The translations under genes and the position numbers were made by a program. Positions 45,172-54,125 of a DNA stretch of 64,000 nucleotides are shown piece by piece. The DNA comes from Burkholderiales bacterium. Lineage in GTDB: Bacteria > Pseudomonadota > Gammaproteobacteria > Burkholderiales > Eutrophovitaceae. The notes below the pieces were generated by a model. The model did not search any database and was not told the DNA's origin. It saw only the letters and a program-made list of their open reading frames with translations. Location: the NCBI GenBank assembly GCA_035560005.1, contig DATMAN010000031.1, forward strand, positions 70,060 to 134,059. Reading direction: 5' to 3'. Each line of letters starts with the position of its first letter. The stretch's first letter is position 1.

Positions 45172-45344
45172 CGCCGGGCGTTGAGCAGGGAGACACAGAG
45201 GCGCAGAGAAAATAAAGAACACAGCCAACAAGAAACGACGAAGAATCGGTTTGCAGTCGCGCTTTCCGCGCGGCCGGAAGTTCCTGGCGAACCTGCAGCG
45301 CCACGTGCCTCTGTGGCGGATTGCAGGCGCGGTCAACCCCGCCG

Positions 45345-46601
45345 ATGCCGCATCCTGACGCGCACACGATCACGATCGTGGCGGTCTTCGCGATCGTGTA
45401 CCTCGGAATGATCCTGGGTGCCCTGCCGTTCCTTCAGCTCGACCGGACCGGAATCGCTCTGCTGGGCGCGATCGCGCTGGTGGGCAGCGAGGCGGTGGGG
45501 CTGGAGGAGGCCTGGGCGGCGATCCATGCCCCGACCCTGATCCTGCTCTTCGCCTTCATGGTGGTGTCCGCGCAACTGCGGCTTGGCGGCTTCTACACCT
45601 GGGTGACGCTCAGGATCGGCAAGCAGCGCGTGTCGCCCGCGCTGCTGCTCGGCACGCTGATCTTCGTGGTGGCGGGACTGTCCGCCGTGTTCAGCAACGA
45701 CGTGATCTGCCTCGCGATGGCTCCGGTGCTGGTGGACGTGTGCCTTGCGCGCCGGCTCAATCCCGTCCCCTTCCTGCTCGCGCTCGCCTGTTCGGCGAAC
45801 GTCGGCTCCGCCCTCACCCTGATCGGCAACCCTCAGAACATGCTGATCGGGGAAACGCTCAAGCTCGATTTCTTCGGCTACATCCGCGAGTCGGCGGTCC
45901 CGGTCGTCCTCGGCTTGCTGGTGACGTGGGGCATTATCACCGCCGGCGCGCGCGGGCGCTGGTACTTCCGAAGCTGGGAGATTGCCGAGGCGGTCCCCGA
46001 ACTGCACCCCGACGCGCGACCCGAACTCGACCGCTGGCAGACCGCGAAGGGACTGGGTGTGGCGGCCGTCGTGTTCGCGATGTTCCTGGGCGCGCCGCTG
46101 CCGCGCGAAGTCGTGGCGCTGACCGCGGCCGGCGTGCTCCTCCTGTCGCGCAAGCTGCACTCGCGCAAGATGCTCGGCCTGGTGGACTGGCAGCTGCTGG
46201 TGCTGTTCATCGGGCTGTTCATCGTCAACCATGCGGTGCAGAAGACCGGACTGCCGAACGATGCGGTCGAGGCTCTGCGCACCGCCGGCATCCATCTCGA
46301 TCAACCGGCCCCGCTCTTCGTGACCGCCTTCGCCCTGTCCAACATCGTATCCAATGTGCCGGCGGTGATGCTGCTGCTGCCCCTCGCCACGCACGAGATG
46401 GCCGGGGCGCTGCTCGCGCTGGCGAGCACGCTTGCCGGCAACCTGCTCATCGTGGGCAGCATCGCCAACATCATCGTGGTGGACGCGGCGCACCGGCGCA
46501 ACATCGTCATCGACTGGAAACGCCACGCCATGGTCGGCGTTCCGGTGACGTTGGCGACCCTGACCATCGCCGCGCTCTGGTTTTTCATGCGGACGATCTG
46601 A
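45345..46601 (+). CDS. ArsB/NhaD-superfamily (CitMHS/SLC13-like) anion permease
   Basis: Polytopic membrane protein. ..SAVFSNDVICLAMAPV..ACSANVGSALTLIGNPQNMLI.. A TTG at 45321 is an alternative start. Confidence 0.8.
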   Translation: MPHPDAHTITIVAVFAIVYLGMILGALPFLQLDRTGIALLGAIALVGSEAVGLEEAWAAIHAPTLILLFAFMVVSAQLRLGGFYTWVTLRIGKQRVSPALLLGTLIFVVAGLSAVFSNDVICLAMAPVLVDVCLARRLNPVPFLLALACSANVGSALTLIGNPQNMLIGETLKLDFFGYIRESAVPVVLGLLVTWGIITAGARGRWYFRSWEIAEAVPELHPDARPELDRWQTAKGLGVAAVVFAMFLGAPLPREVVALTAAGVLLLSRKLHSRKMLGLVDWQLLVLFIGLFIVNHAVQKTGLPNDAVEALRTAGIHLDQPAPLFVTAFALSNIVSNVPAVMLLLPLATHEMAGALLALASTLAGNLLIVGSIANIIVVDAAHRRNIVIDWKRHAMVGVPVTLATLTIAALWFFMRTI

Positions 46602-46739
46602 CAGGGACCGCGCCCGTCCGGGAGGAGCCGTGTTGACGTGAATGCGCCGCGAAGGCAAAGGAAGAAACGAGAATGTCCTTGTGCCCTCTTGGCGCTTTCG
46701 TGCCTTTGGTGGTGAGCAACACCCCTGGCCTGGCGGCAA

Positions 46740-47681
46740 TCACCTCCGTCGCGAGGCAACACGGGTGCGTGTGGCCTCGCGGTGCTGGTGGATGATCAGC
46801 TCGCAAAGCAGGTCGAAGTCCTTGGTGTACGGACTGGTGCGGCGCATGGCGAGCGCGATGGTGCGGGCGGGCACCCGCACCGAGAACGGGCGCGCGATCA
46901 ACCGGGTACCGTTCAGCACGCCGGCTTTCAGAACCATTTCCGGCAGCAGCGTCACTCCGAGCCCGCTTTCCACCATCTGCAGCAGCGTGTACAGGCTGGT
47001 GGCTTCGAGGCCGCCCTCGCGCCGCGACATCCGTCTTGCGCCGCAGGCTTCGATCGCGTGCTCGCGCAGGCAGTGCCCTTCCTCCAGCAAAAGGATGCGA
47101 TTGGGCTCCACTTGCCGCACCGCCACCTCCCTGAGGCGCGCGAGCGCATCGTCCTCGCGCGCCACAAACCAGAACTCGTCGCTGAACAGCGTCCGCACCA
47201 CCAGATCGCCGGTGTCGTAGGGCAGGGCGATCAGCGCGAAATCCAGATCGCCCGATTCGATCTGCTGCAGCAGCCGGTCGGTCAGATCCTCCCGCAGATA
47301 AAGCTGCAGCTTCGGATAGGCCGTTCGCGCAACGGGCAGGATGGCCGGCAGCAGGAAGGGCGCCACGGTCGGGATCACGCCCAGCCGCCGCAGCCCGCTC
47401 AGCGGTTGTCCGGCGCCGCGCGCGACCATCACGAGGTCTTCGGCCTGGGCCAGCAGCTTGCGCGCGCGCTCGACGACCTGCTCGCCGATCGCGGTCAGCC
47501 GCACCGAGCGCTTGTCGCGCTCGACCAGCGTCGTCCCGAGCAGGGTCTCCAGCTCCTTGATGCCGGCCGAAAGCGTGGACTGGGTCACGAACAGGCGTTC
47601 GGCCGCTCTGCGGAAATTCAGGGTTTCGGACAGCGCCACCAGATAGCGCAGCTGGCGGGGTGAGGGCAGGGCGTTGATCAT
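46740..47681 (-). CDS. oxyR: LysR-family regulator OxyR
   Basis: LRYLVALSETLNFRRAAERLFVTQSTLSAGIKELE. Redox Cys pair in LLLEEGHCLREHAIEACG. Divergent from ahpC. Confidence 0.85.
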   Translation of the reverse strand: MINALPSPRQLRYLVALSETLNFRRAAERLFVTQSTLSAGIKELETLLGTTLVERDKRSVRLTAIGEQVVERARKLLAQAEDLVMVARGAGQPLSGLRRLGVIPTVAPFLLPAILPVARTAYPKLQLYLREDLTDRLLQQIESGDLDFALIALPYDTGDLVVRTLFSDEFWFVAREDDALARLREVAVRQVEPNRILLLEEGHCLREHAIEACGARRMSRREGGLEATSLYTLLQMVESGLGVTLLPEMVLKAGVLNGTRLIARPFSVRVPARTIALAMRRTSPYTKDFDLLCELIIHQHREATRTRVASRRR

Positions 47682-47797
47682 GGGCGGCTGATCGGTCGGC
47701 ACGATCATTGTAAACGGCAAATTTCGTTGGCACGATCAACGGCCGGGCCGCACACTGCGCGCCGAGTCATCCAACTCTAAACCAAGGAGCAAGCACG

Positions 47798-48337
47798 ATG
47801 TTGACCGTAGGCGACCGCATTCCCGCATTCGACCTGCAGGCGGTGGTGTCCACCGAGCAGGACAAGGCCTTCACCCGGATCACGGACAAATCGGATCCGG
47901 GCAAGTGGAAGATCGTTTTCTTCTGGCCGAAAGACTTCACCTTCGTGTGCCCTACCGAGATCGCGGCGTTCGGCAGACTCAACGCCGAATTCAACGACCG
48001 CGACGCCGTCATCTACGGCGTGTCGACCGACAGCGAATACGTGCACCTGGCTTGGCGGCGCCAGCACCCGGATCTGAAGGACCTGCCGTTTCCGATGCTC
48101 TCCGACATCAAGCGCGAGCTGTCCGCCGCGTTCGGGGTGCTGGACAGGGCCGAAGGCGTGGCGCTGCGCGCGACCTTCATCGTCGATCCGCAGGGCGTGA
48201 TCCGCTTCGTTTCGGTCAACGACCTCAATGTCGGGCGCAATCCGCAGGAAGTGCTGCGCGTGCTGGACGCCTTGCAGACCGACGAACTTTGCCCCTGCAA
48301 CTGGCAGAAGGGCGAGGAAGTTCTGAAGGCGGCCTGA
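47798..48337 (+). CDS. ahpC: Peroxiredoxin AhpC (2-Cys)
   Basis: FFWPKDFTFVCPTEI, and a resolving Cys in ELCPCNW. AAGGAG RBS. Confidence 0.9.
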   Translation: MLTVGDRIPAFDLQAVVSTEQDKAFTRITDKSDPGKWKIVFFWPKDFTFVCPTEIAAFGRLNAEFNDRDAVIYGVSTDSEYVHLAWRRQHPDLKDLPFPMLSDIKRELSAAFGVLDRAEGVALRATFIVDPQGVIRFVSVNDLNVGRNPQEVLRVLDALQTDELCPCNWQKGEEVLKAA

Positions 48338-48394
48338 TGTCGTTTAACTGGTGCGCCCGCGCAAGAGCGCTCGCCTTTTCGCGCGGAGATTCCA

Positions 48395-48946
48395 ATGTCG
48401 ATACAGATTTTGAAGGACAGGCTGCCTGAGTACGCCAGAGACCTGAAGCTCAATCTCGGCTCGCTGGCCGCCGAAACGGTGCTCACCGAGACCCAGAAAG
48501 CCGGGACCTTCGTCGCCACGGCGCTCGCCGCGCGCAACCCCGAGGTGATCGAGGCCGTGCTCGCCGAGTTCGGCACGAAGCTCGATCCCGCCGCGCTCGC
48601 TGCCGCCAGGGCCGCCGCGGCGATCATGGGCATGAACAACGTCTATTACCGCTTTCTCCACCTGGTGGAGGATGCCGAGTACTCGAAGCTGCCGGCCAGA
48701 TTGCGCATGAACGTCATCGCCACGCCGGGAACCGCGCGCGTCGACTTCGAGTTGTGGTGCCTCGCCGTGTCGGCGGTGAACGCCTGCGGCCGATGCATCA
48801 CCTCGCACGAGAAGGTCTTGCGCGAGGCGGGCATGACGCGCGAGCAGATCCAGGCTGCGGTGCGCATCGCTTCGGTCGTGCACGCAGTGGCGGCAACGCT
48901 CGACGCCGAGACGCTGGACAAAGGCCACGTGGCCGCGGCGGCGTGA
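48395..48946 (+). CDS. ahpD: Alkyl hydroperoxide reductase AhpD (carboxymuconolactone decarboxylase fold)
   Basis: [30 protein letters not shown] (CxxC). Confidence 0.9.
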   Translation: MSIQILKDRLPEYARDLKLNLGSLAAETVLTETQKAGTFVATALAARNPEVIEAVLAEFGTKLDPAALAAARAAAAIMGMNNVYYRFLHLVEDAEYSKLPARLRMNVIATPGTARVDFELWCLAVSAVNACGRCITSHEKVLREAGMTREQIQAAVRIASVVHAVAATLDAETLDKGHVAAAA

Positions 48947-49010
48947 CGCGACGGTCTGGGCGCGAGGTGGTACGCGCTTTCAGCCGGATTCTCGATCCCC
49001 TGAAATGGAA

Positions 49011-49039
49011 GGGCCCACGAAGCAGCGCTTCGTGGGCCC
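49011..49039. terminator. Hairpin between convergent genes ahpD and the hydroxylase gene
   Basis: gggcccacgaagc / agc / gcttcgtgggccc. A T-rich run occurs only on the minus-strand side (ttccatttcag). Confidence 0.5.
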
Positions 49040-49112
49040 CCTCCTCTCATGCCGCTTCTATGGCGGCGCTCCCCCTCCCCTGCGGGTTTCCCTTGCCACA
49101 GAGTGGCGGACT

Positions 49113-49892
49113 TTATGCCGGTTTCATCCGGGAGTCCAGTTCTTTTCCCTGATCCGCGAGAAATTCCTTCTTGACGTGCTGCGTGCTGTAGCCGTTGAAC
49201 AGGTGCCCCAGCAGCCCCCGGCTGAGGTCGCTGGTGCCCATGTACCAGTCGGCAATCGGGTAGGTGAGGTTCATGTTGCGCTCCATCATGATCGGCTGGC
49301 TATGATGCGCCGCATGATGCCGGCGGATGGTATTGATCAGCGGACAATGGCGCACGAACCAGTTGTCCTCCACGTGACAGCACAAGTGAAAGGTCTCGTA
49401 ATTCAGATAGTAGAGCGGGGTCAGCATCATCAGGATGTAGCCCGCATTGGCCGACCATAGATAGCCGACGGCAAGCGCGAACGGCAGCGTCAGCAGCATG
49501 AATACCAGCAACGCGTAGGGCGGAAACAGCACGATGCGCCATTCGCGGTTGGTGTCGTAAGTCATGCGCTGGGCGGTGAAGTACTGATGGTGCTGGTGCG
49601 TGTGACGATGAAAGACCGGCATCAGAATCCCGCCCAGGCCCCTGATCGGCCGGTGCATGGCGTTGCGATGCAACCACCATTCGTTCCAGTTGTAGAGGAT
49701 CAGGACCGGGATCGCGAACAGCATCTCCCAGAGGGTCGGGGATTCGATGCGCGAGACGCAGAACGCGACGAGCGCCAGGCCGGGAACGAAGATCGACAGC
49801 AGGTGACCCCAGCCGTTGTACCACGGGGCGATCCGGGCCTTGTACTCTTCGCGAAACGCAGCCTGCTTTTCCGTCATCCTGCCGGTGGCCAT
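49113..49892 (-). CDS. Fatty acid hydroxylase / sterol desaturase family membrane protein
   Basis: His boxes HRNAMH, HRHTHQHH, HHAAHH. Start is uncertain (GTG 49919, ATG 49892 or ATG 49877). Confidence 0.8.
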   Translation of the reverse strand: MATGRMTEKQAAFREEYKARIAPWYNGWGHLLSIFVPGLALVAFCVSRIESPTLWEMLFAIPVLILYNWNEWWLHRNAMHRPIRGLGGILMPVFHRHTHQHHQYFTAQRMTYDTNREWRIVLFPPYALLVFMLLTLPFALAVGYLWSANAGYILMMLTPLYYLNYETFHLCCHVEDNWFVRHCPLINTIRRHHAAHHSQPIMMERNMNLTYPIADWYMGTSDLSRGLLGHLFNGYSTQHVKKEFLADQGKELDSRMKPA

Positions 49893-50074
49893 GGCTGTGA
49901 TCCCGGCGCGCGGGTGCACATGAGTTGGTATGGGGCCCGAAGCGAAGGCGGCTTTTATACGCCCGCGCGCCGCGTCGAGTCAAGGCGCAGCCGGTGCCGC
50001 AGTGGATGGTGCACTGCCTTCCCAGCCGCGCGGGCGACGGGCATCATGGGGCTGTCTTCAGCGGAGGTTCGGCG

Positions 50075-50629
50075 ATGGGATTGCTCGTACTGGGACTCGC
50101 GGTCTTCTTTTCCGTGCACCTGATGTCCAGCTTCCGCGATGCGCGCGACACGCTCATTGCGCGCTATGGCGAGAAGCCCTACAAGGCCGGTTATGCGCTG
50201 CTCTCGGCCATCGGACTCGCGTTGATCGTCTGGGGCAAGATCCAGGCGGACCCGGTGCCGCTGTGGCAACCCCCGGCGTGGAGTCGTTCGCTGGCGTTGT
50301 GGCTGATGCCGCTGGCGTTCATCCTCCTCGTCGGAGCCTATGTGCCCAGCAACCTCAGGCGCCTGACCGCGCACCCGATGCTCTGGGCCGTGACGCTCTG
50401 GGCGGTATTGCATCTGCTGGCCAACGGCGATCTCGGCTCGGTCCTCCTGTTCGGCGCCTTTGCGCTCTACTCCTTGTATGCGATGTGGTCGCAGACCCAG
50501 CGCGGCGCGAAGCCGGGCGATACGGTGCGCCCGGTCTCCCGCGATATCGCGGTCGTGGCGCTGGGCTTGGCGGTGTACGGCGCGGCGCTCTACGGCCACC
50601 GGTGGCTTTCGGGCGTGACGCTGGTCTGA
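50075..50629 (+). CDS. NnrU family membrane protein
   Basis: GGAGG RBS. MGLLVLGLAVFFSVHL..YKAGYALLSAIGLALIVWG..HP..W..H.LANGD. Confidence 0.75.
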   Translation: MGLLVLGLAVFFSVHLMSSFRDARDTLIARYGEKPYKAGYALLSAIGLALIVWGKIQADPVPLWQPPAWSRSLALWLMPLAFILLVGAYVPSNLRRLTAHPMLWAVTLWAVLHLLANGDLGSVLLFGAFALYSLYAMWSQTQRGAKPGDTVRPVSRDIAVVALGLAVYGAALYGHRWLSGVTLV

Positions 50630-50646
50630 AGTTCGCGGTCCGTCGC

Positions 50647-52458
50647 ATGCCTCGCGCAGATCCGCCCGTGGAGTCCCGCTCGTCGACTCCGCCGGCTCCG
50701 TTGCGGCGACTCGCGGCACTTTCGGTGCTGTGGCGTTTCGCGCGCCCGTACAGGGCGCGGATCGCGGGATTCGCGGTCGCGCTGATCGTGGCCGCCGGCG
50801 GCTTCCTGGTGATCGGCCAGGGGCTGAAGATCGTGGTCGATCGCGGCTTCGCCGGCGGGGATGCGCAGGCGCTGAACCATGCGCTGTTCTTGCTTCTGGC
50901 CGTGGTTGCGGTGATGGCCACCGCCACTTACGTCCGTTTCTATTTGATCTCGTGGCTGGGCGAGCGCGTGGTCGCGGACCTGCGCCGGGAGGTGTTCTCC
51001 CACATGCTGCGGCTGTCTCCCGGCTGGTACGAGCACACGCGCACTGGGGAAGTCATCTCGCGCCTGACCACCGATACCGCGCTGCTCGAGCAGGTGGTGG
51101 GTACCAGCGTGTCGATGGCGTTGCGCAACCTGCTGATGGGCACGGGCGCGCTCGTCATGCTGATGGTCACGAGCTGGAAGCTGACCGCGCTGGTGCTGCT
51201 GACCGTGCCCATCGTGATCGGACCGATCGTCCTGTTCGGGCGCCGCGTGCGCAGCCTCTCGCGCGCCAGCCAGGACCGCGTGGCCGACCTCGGCGCCTAC
51301 GTGGACGAAGCGCTGCACGAGATCCGCACGGTCCAGGCCTATGGGCACGAGCGGGAGGAGGAGCGCGCCTTCGCCCGCCGCGTCGAGGATGCTTTTGCGA
51401 CCGCGCGGCGTCGAATCCGGGTGCGCGCGGCGCTGATCGCGTCGGTCATCCTGCTGGTATTCGCCGGCGTGGGCGTCATCCTCTGGGTAGGCGGGCACGA
51501 CGTGCTCGCCGGGCGCATTTCGGCAGGGGAGTTGTCCGCTTTCGTGTTCTATGCGGCGATCGTGGCGGGCGCGGCCGGCGCGCTGAGCGAAGTCGTGGGC
51601 GACCTGCAGCGCGGGGCGGGCGCCGCGCAGCGGCTGCTCGAAATTCTCGCCACCGAGCCGTGGATCCAGGCACCGTCGCGGCCGCTGCCTCTGCCCGAAC
51701 CGCCGGTGGGCCGGGTGTCCTTCGAGCGTGTGACCTTTTTCTATCCCGCGCGTCCTGCTACTGCGGCGCTCGACGATTTCTCGCTGGAGGTGCAGCCGGG
51801 GGAAAAGCTGGCGCTGGTCGGTCCGTCGGGCGCGGGCAAGTCCACCGTCTTCCACCTGCTGCTGCGCTTCTATGATCCGACCGCCGGCGCAGTGCGCCTG
51901 GACGGCGTGGATCTGCGGCTGGCGGATCCCGCGGCGGTGCGCGGCCGCATCGCGCTCGTACCGCAGGAACCGGCGATCTTCGCCGCCAGCGTGGCCGCGA
52001 ACGTGCGCTATGGGCGCCCGGAGGCCACCGAGGCGCAGCTACGCGCCGCGTGCGAGGCCGCCTTCGCCGCGGAGTTCATCGAGGGTCTGCCGCAGAAATA
52101 CGAAACCTTCCTCGGCGAGCGCGGCGTGCGCCTGTCCGCGGGCCAGCGCCAGCGTCTGGCGATCGCCCGCGCGATCCTCGCCGATCGCCCGGTGCTGCTG
52201 CTCGACGAAGCGACCTCCGCGCTCGACTCCGAGTCCGAGCGCATGGTGCAGGCGGCGCTCGAGCGCCTGATGCGCGGGCGCACGGTGCTGATCATCGCCC
52301 ATCGCCTTTCCACCGTGAAGAGCGCCGACCGCATCGCGATCATCGACCACGGGCGCCTGATCGGCATCGGCAAGCACGAGGAATTGCTGCGCTCCAATGC
52401 GCTGTACGCGCGGCTCGCGGCGCTGCAGTTCGGTACCGAGCCTTCAAGCGGGCGGTGA
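50647..52458 (+). CDS. ABC transporter, fused permease/ATPase (MsbA/ABCB-type exporter)
   Basis: Six-TM ABC_membrane domain, then GPSGAGKST, LSAGQRQRLAIARA, LLLDEATSALD. Confidence 0.9.
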   Translation: MPRADPPVESRSSTPPAPLRRLAALSVLWRFARPYRARIAGFAVALIVAAGGFLVIGQGLKIVVDRGFAGGDAQALNHALFLLLAVVAVMATATYVRFYLISWLGERVVADLRREVFSHMLRLSPGWYEHTRTGEVISRLTTDTALLEQVVGTSVSMALRNLLMGTGALVMLMVTSWKLTALVLLTVPIVIGPIVLFGRRVRSLSRASQDRVADLGAYVDEALHEIRTVQAYGHEREEERAFARRVEDAFATARRRIRVRAALIASVILLVFAGVGVILWVGGHDVLAGRISAGELSAFVFYAAIVAGAAGALSEVVGDLQRGAGAAQRLLEILATEPWIQAPSRPLPLPEPPVGRVSFERVTFFYPARPATAALDDFSLEVQPGEKLALVGPSGAGKSTVFHLLLRFYDPTAGAVRLDGVDLRLADPAAVRGRIALVPQEPAIFAASVAANVRYGRPEATEAQLRAACEAAFAAEFIEGLPQKYETFLGERGVRLSAGQRQRLAIARAILADRPVLLLDEATSALDSESERMVQAALERLMRGRTVLIIAHRLSTVKSADRIAIIDHGRLIGIGKHEELLRSNALYARLAALQFGTEPSSGR

Positions 52459-52492
52459 AGGATTTCCGTTCACTGTGCAGGAGCGAGACGCC

Positions 52493-53194
52493 ATGGAGAA
52501 GTTCAGAGGATGTTTGTTCGCGGCCGTGCTGGTCCTGGGCGCACCCGCCTGGGCCCAAGACGACGATCGCGTGGTGCCGGCGCACGAGGAGCCGCGCCAC
52601 GTGCCCAAGCTCGTCAATGAGTGGGTACGCATCATCGACGTCGAGATTCCAGAGGGCGGCCGCACGCTCTATCACGCGCATGCGCTCGACTATCCCTACG
52701 TGATGGCGAGCAGCGTCATGCTCGACAACCAGGTCTACGGGCAGGAGCCCAGGGAAGTGAAGATCGAGCGCGGCACGGTGGGCTACTACCGCGCTTCCAC
52801 GCAGGGAACCTACACACACCGCTTCATCAACAGGGGCCCGGGAACTTTCCGTGCGATCGGGATCGAGCTGCTGAAACCCTTGCAGCCGGGCGCGCGGATC
52901 AGCGACCCGATTCCGGACTCCAGCGCGGTGAAGACCGTGCTCGATACCGAGCGCGTGCGCGCCTACCGCATCCGGCTTGAACCAGGCGAATCGCTCGGTC
53001 CGGTCACGATTTCCGGCCCCAGCATCCGCGTGGCCGTGACCGAAGGGCGAATCAGCGAGGCCATGGAAGGGCGCCCCGAGGCGGTCTCCGAGCTGGCGCC
53101 CGCGCAGTTCGTTTTTCGCGCCGAGTCCGCCACGCTCACGCTCCGCAACACCGGGCGTTCGGTGGTCGAGCTGGTCGAGTTCGAGCTCAAGTAG
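52493..53194 (+). CDS. Secreted protein with two cupin-like halves
   Basis: Signal peptide MEKFRGCLFAAVLVLGAPAWA. First half has the G-x4-H-x-H pattern (PEGGRTLYHAHAL). The second half lacks the His pair. Confidence 0.6.
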   Translation: MEKFRGCLFAAVLVLGAPAWAQDDDRVVPAHEEPRHVPKLVNEWVRIIDVEIPEGGRTLYHAHALDYPYVMASSVMLDNQVYGQEPREVKIERGTVGYYRASTQGTYTHRFINRGPGTFRAIGIELLKPLQPGARISDPIPDSSAVKTVLDTERVRAYRIRLEPGESLGPVTISGPSIRVAVTEGRISEAMEGRPEAVSELAPAQFVFRAESATLTLRNTGRSVVELVEFELK

Positions 53195-53441
53195 ATGCCG
53201 AAAGAGTCTGTCAGCCGGTCTCGTGCGCGCAAGTTTTGGGTGCCCACCGGCACCTTGACGCTTGCACCCGCAACGATGTCGCGCTTTCCTGCACGCGAAA
53301 AGGCGTCACCGTGACCCTGGCGGCGGACAACGCGTTCGACGGCAAATGCGAGCAGTTCCTCGGGCTCGAGCATCCGGGCGCGCGAGCCCGCCTGGCCGTG
53401 TCCGCGACTTTCGGAAGCGGAGATTGTTTTCCGGAGAGCGA

Positions 53442-54056
53442 ATGAGAGCGCCGGGCGTGCTGTGCGTTGCCGCTGTTCTGCTGGTGTTCCGGCTGGGCGT
53501 GGCGGCGGCCGAGGACGAGAATCGCGCGCAGGCGCTGCGGCACGCGCAGAGCGCCTTTGCCGCCGCGCAGCGCGGCGATTGGGGCGTCGCGCGCGACGGG
53601 TTGCGCAAGGCCGTGGCCGCGGCTGAAAAGTCCGACGCCGATCAGCGCACCATGGCCGTGCTTTACTACGAATACGGGCGCGCGCTGGGAGTGACCTGCC
53701 GTTATGGCGAGGCCCGGACGTATCTCGAAAAGGCGCTGGCCTTCGACGAAGTGATGGGCGGGCCGGTTTACATGTCGCACGTCGAGCTGGCGCGGCTCAA
53801 TCGCGCAGGCAGGTCTCTGCAGGAAGCGCAGTGGCACTACAGGACCGTCAAGCCCATGCTCGTTGCCCAGAACGTCCCGGACGTCGATCCGATCGGCTAC
53901 GCCGATTTGCTGGATGAGTACGCCGATGTGCTCGAGCGGATCGGCCGGCAAGGCGAGGCGGGAGCGCTGCGTTCGCAAAGCCGCAAGCTGCGCGCCGCTC
54001 ATCCGGGCCGAACGAGCCGCGTGAGCGCAACGCCTTACGGCACGCACTGCGATTGA
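53442..54056 (+). CDS. Secreted TPR-like helical repeat protein
   Basis: Signal peptide MRAPGVLCVAAVLLVFRLGVAAA. Repeating ..YYEYGRALG..GEARTYLEKAL.. helices. GGAG RBS. Confidence 0.6.
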   Translation: MRAPGVLCVAAVLLVFRLGVAAAEDENRAQALRHAQSAFAAAQRGDWGVARDGLRKAVAAAEKSDADQRTMAVLYYEYGRALGVTCRYGEARTYLEKALAFDEVMGGPVYMSHVELARLNRAGRSLQEAQWHYRTVKPMLVAQNVPDVDPIGYADLLDEYADVLERIGRQGEAGALRSQSRKLRAAHPGRTSRVSATPYGTHCD

Positions 54057-54125
54057 CCGGCCGCGGGCGCAGCGCCGGTCCTGTACAGGGGCAACCGGCG
54101 CCGGGGCGGTCTCCGCCGCCTGCGC

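Noticed and set aside
45190-45250. T-poor, purine-rich low-G+C patches in several spacers (45190-45250, 46640-46720, 25340-25400), suspected to belong to the same dispersed repeat family as the 12934-13071 element
   Set aside because: They share short words (ccaaa, ggcacgaa, acgaag), but I could not build a convincing alignment by eye. A whole-genome repeat search is needed before calling a family.
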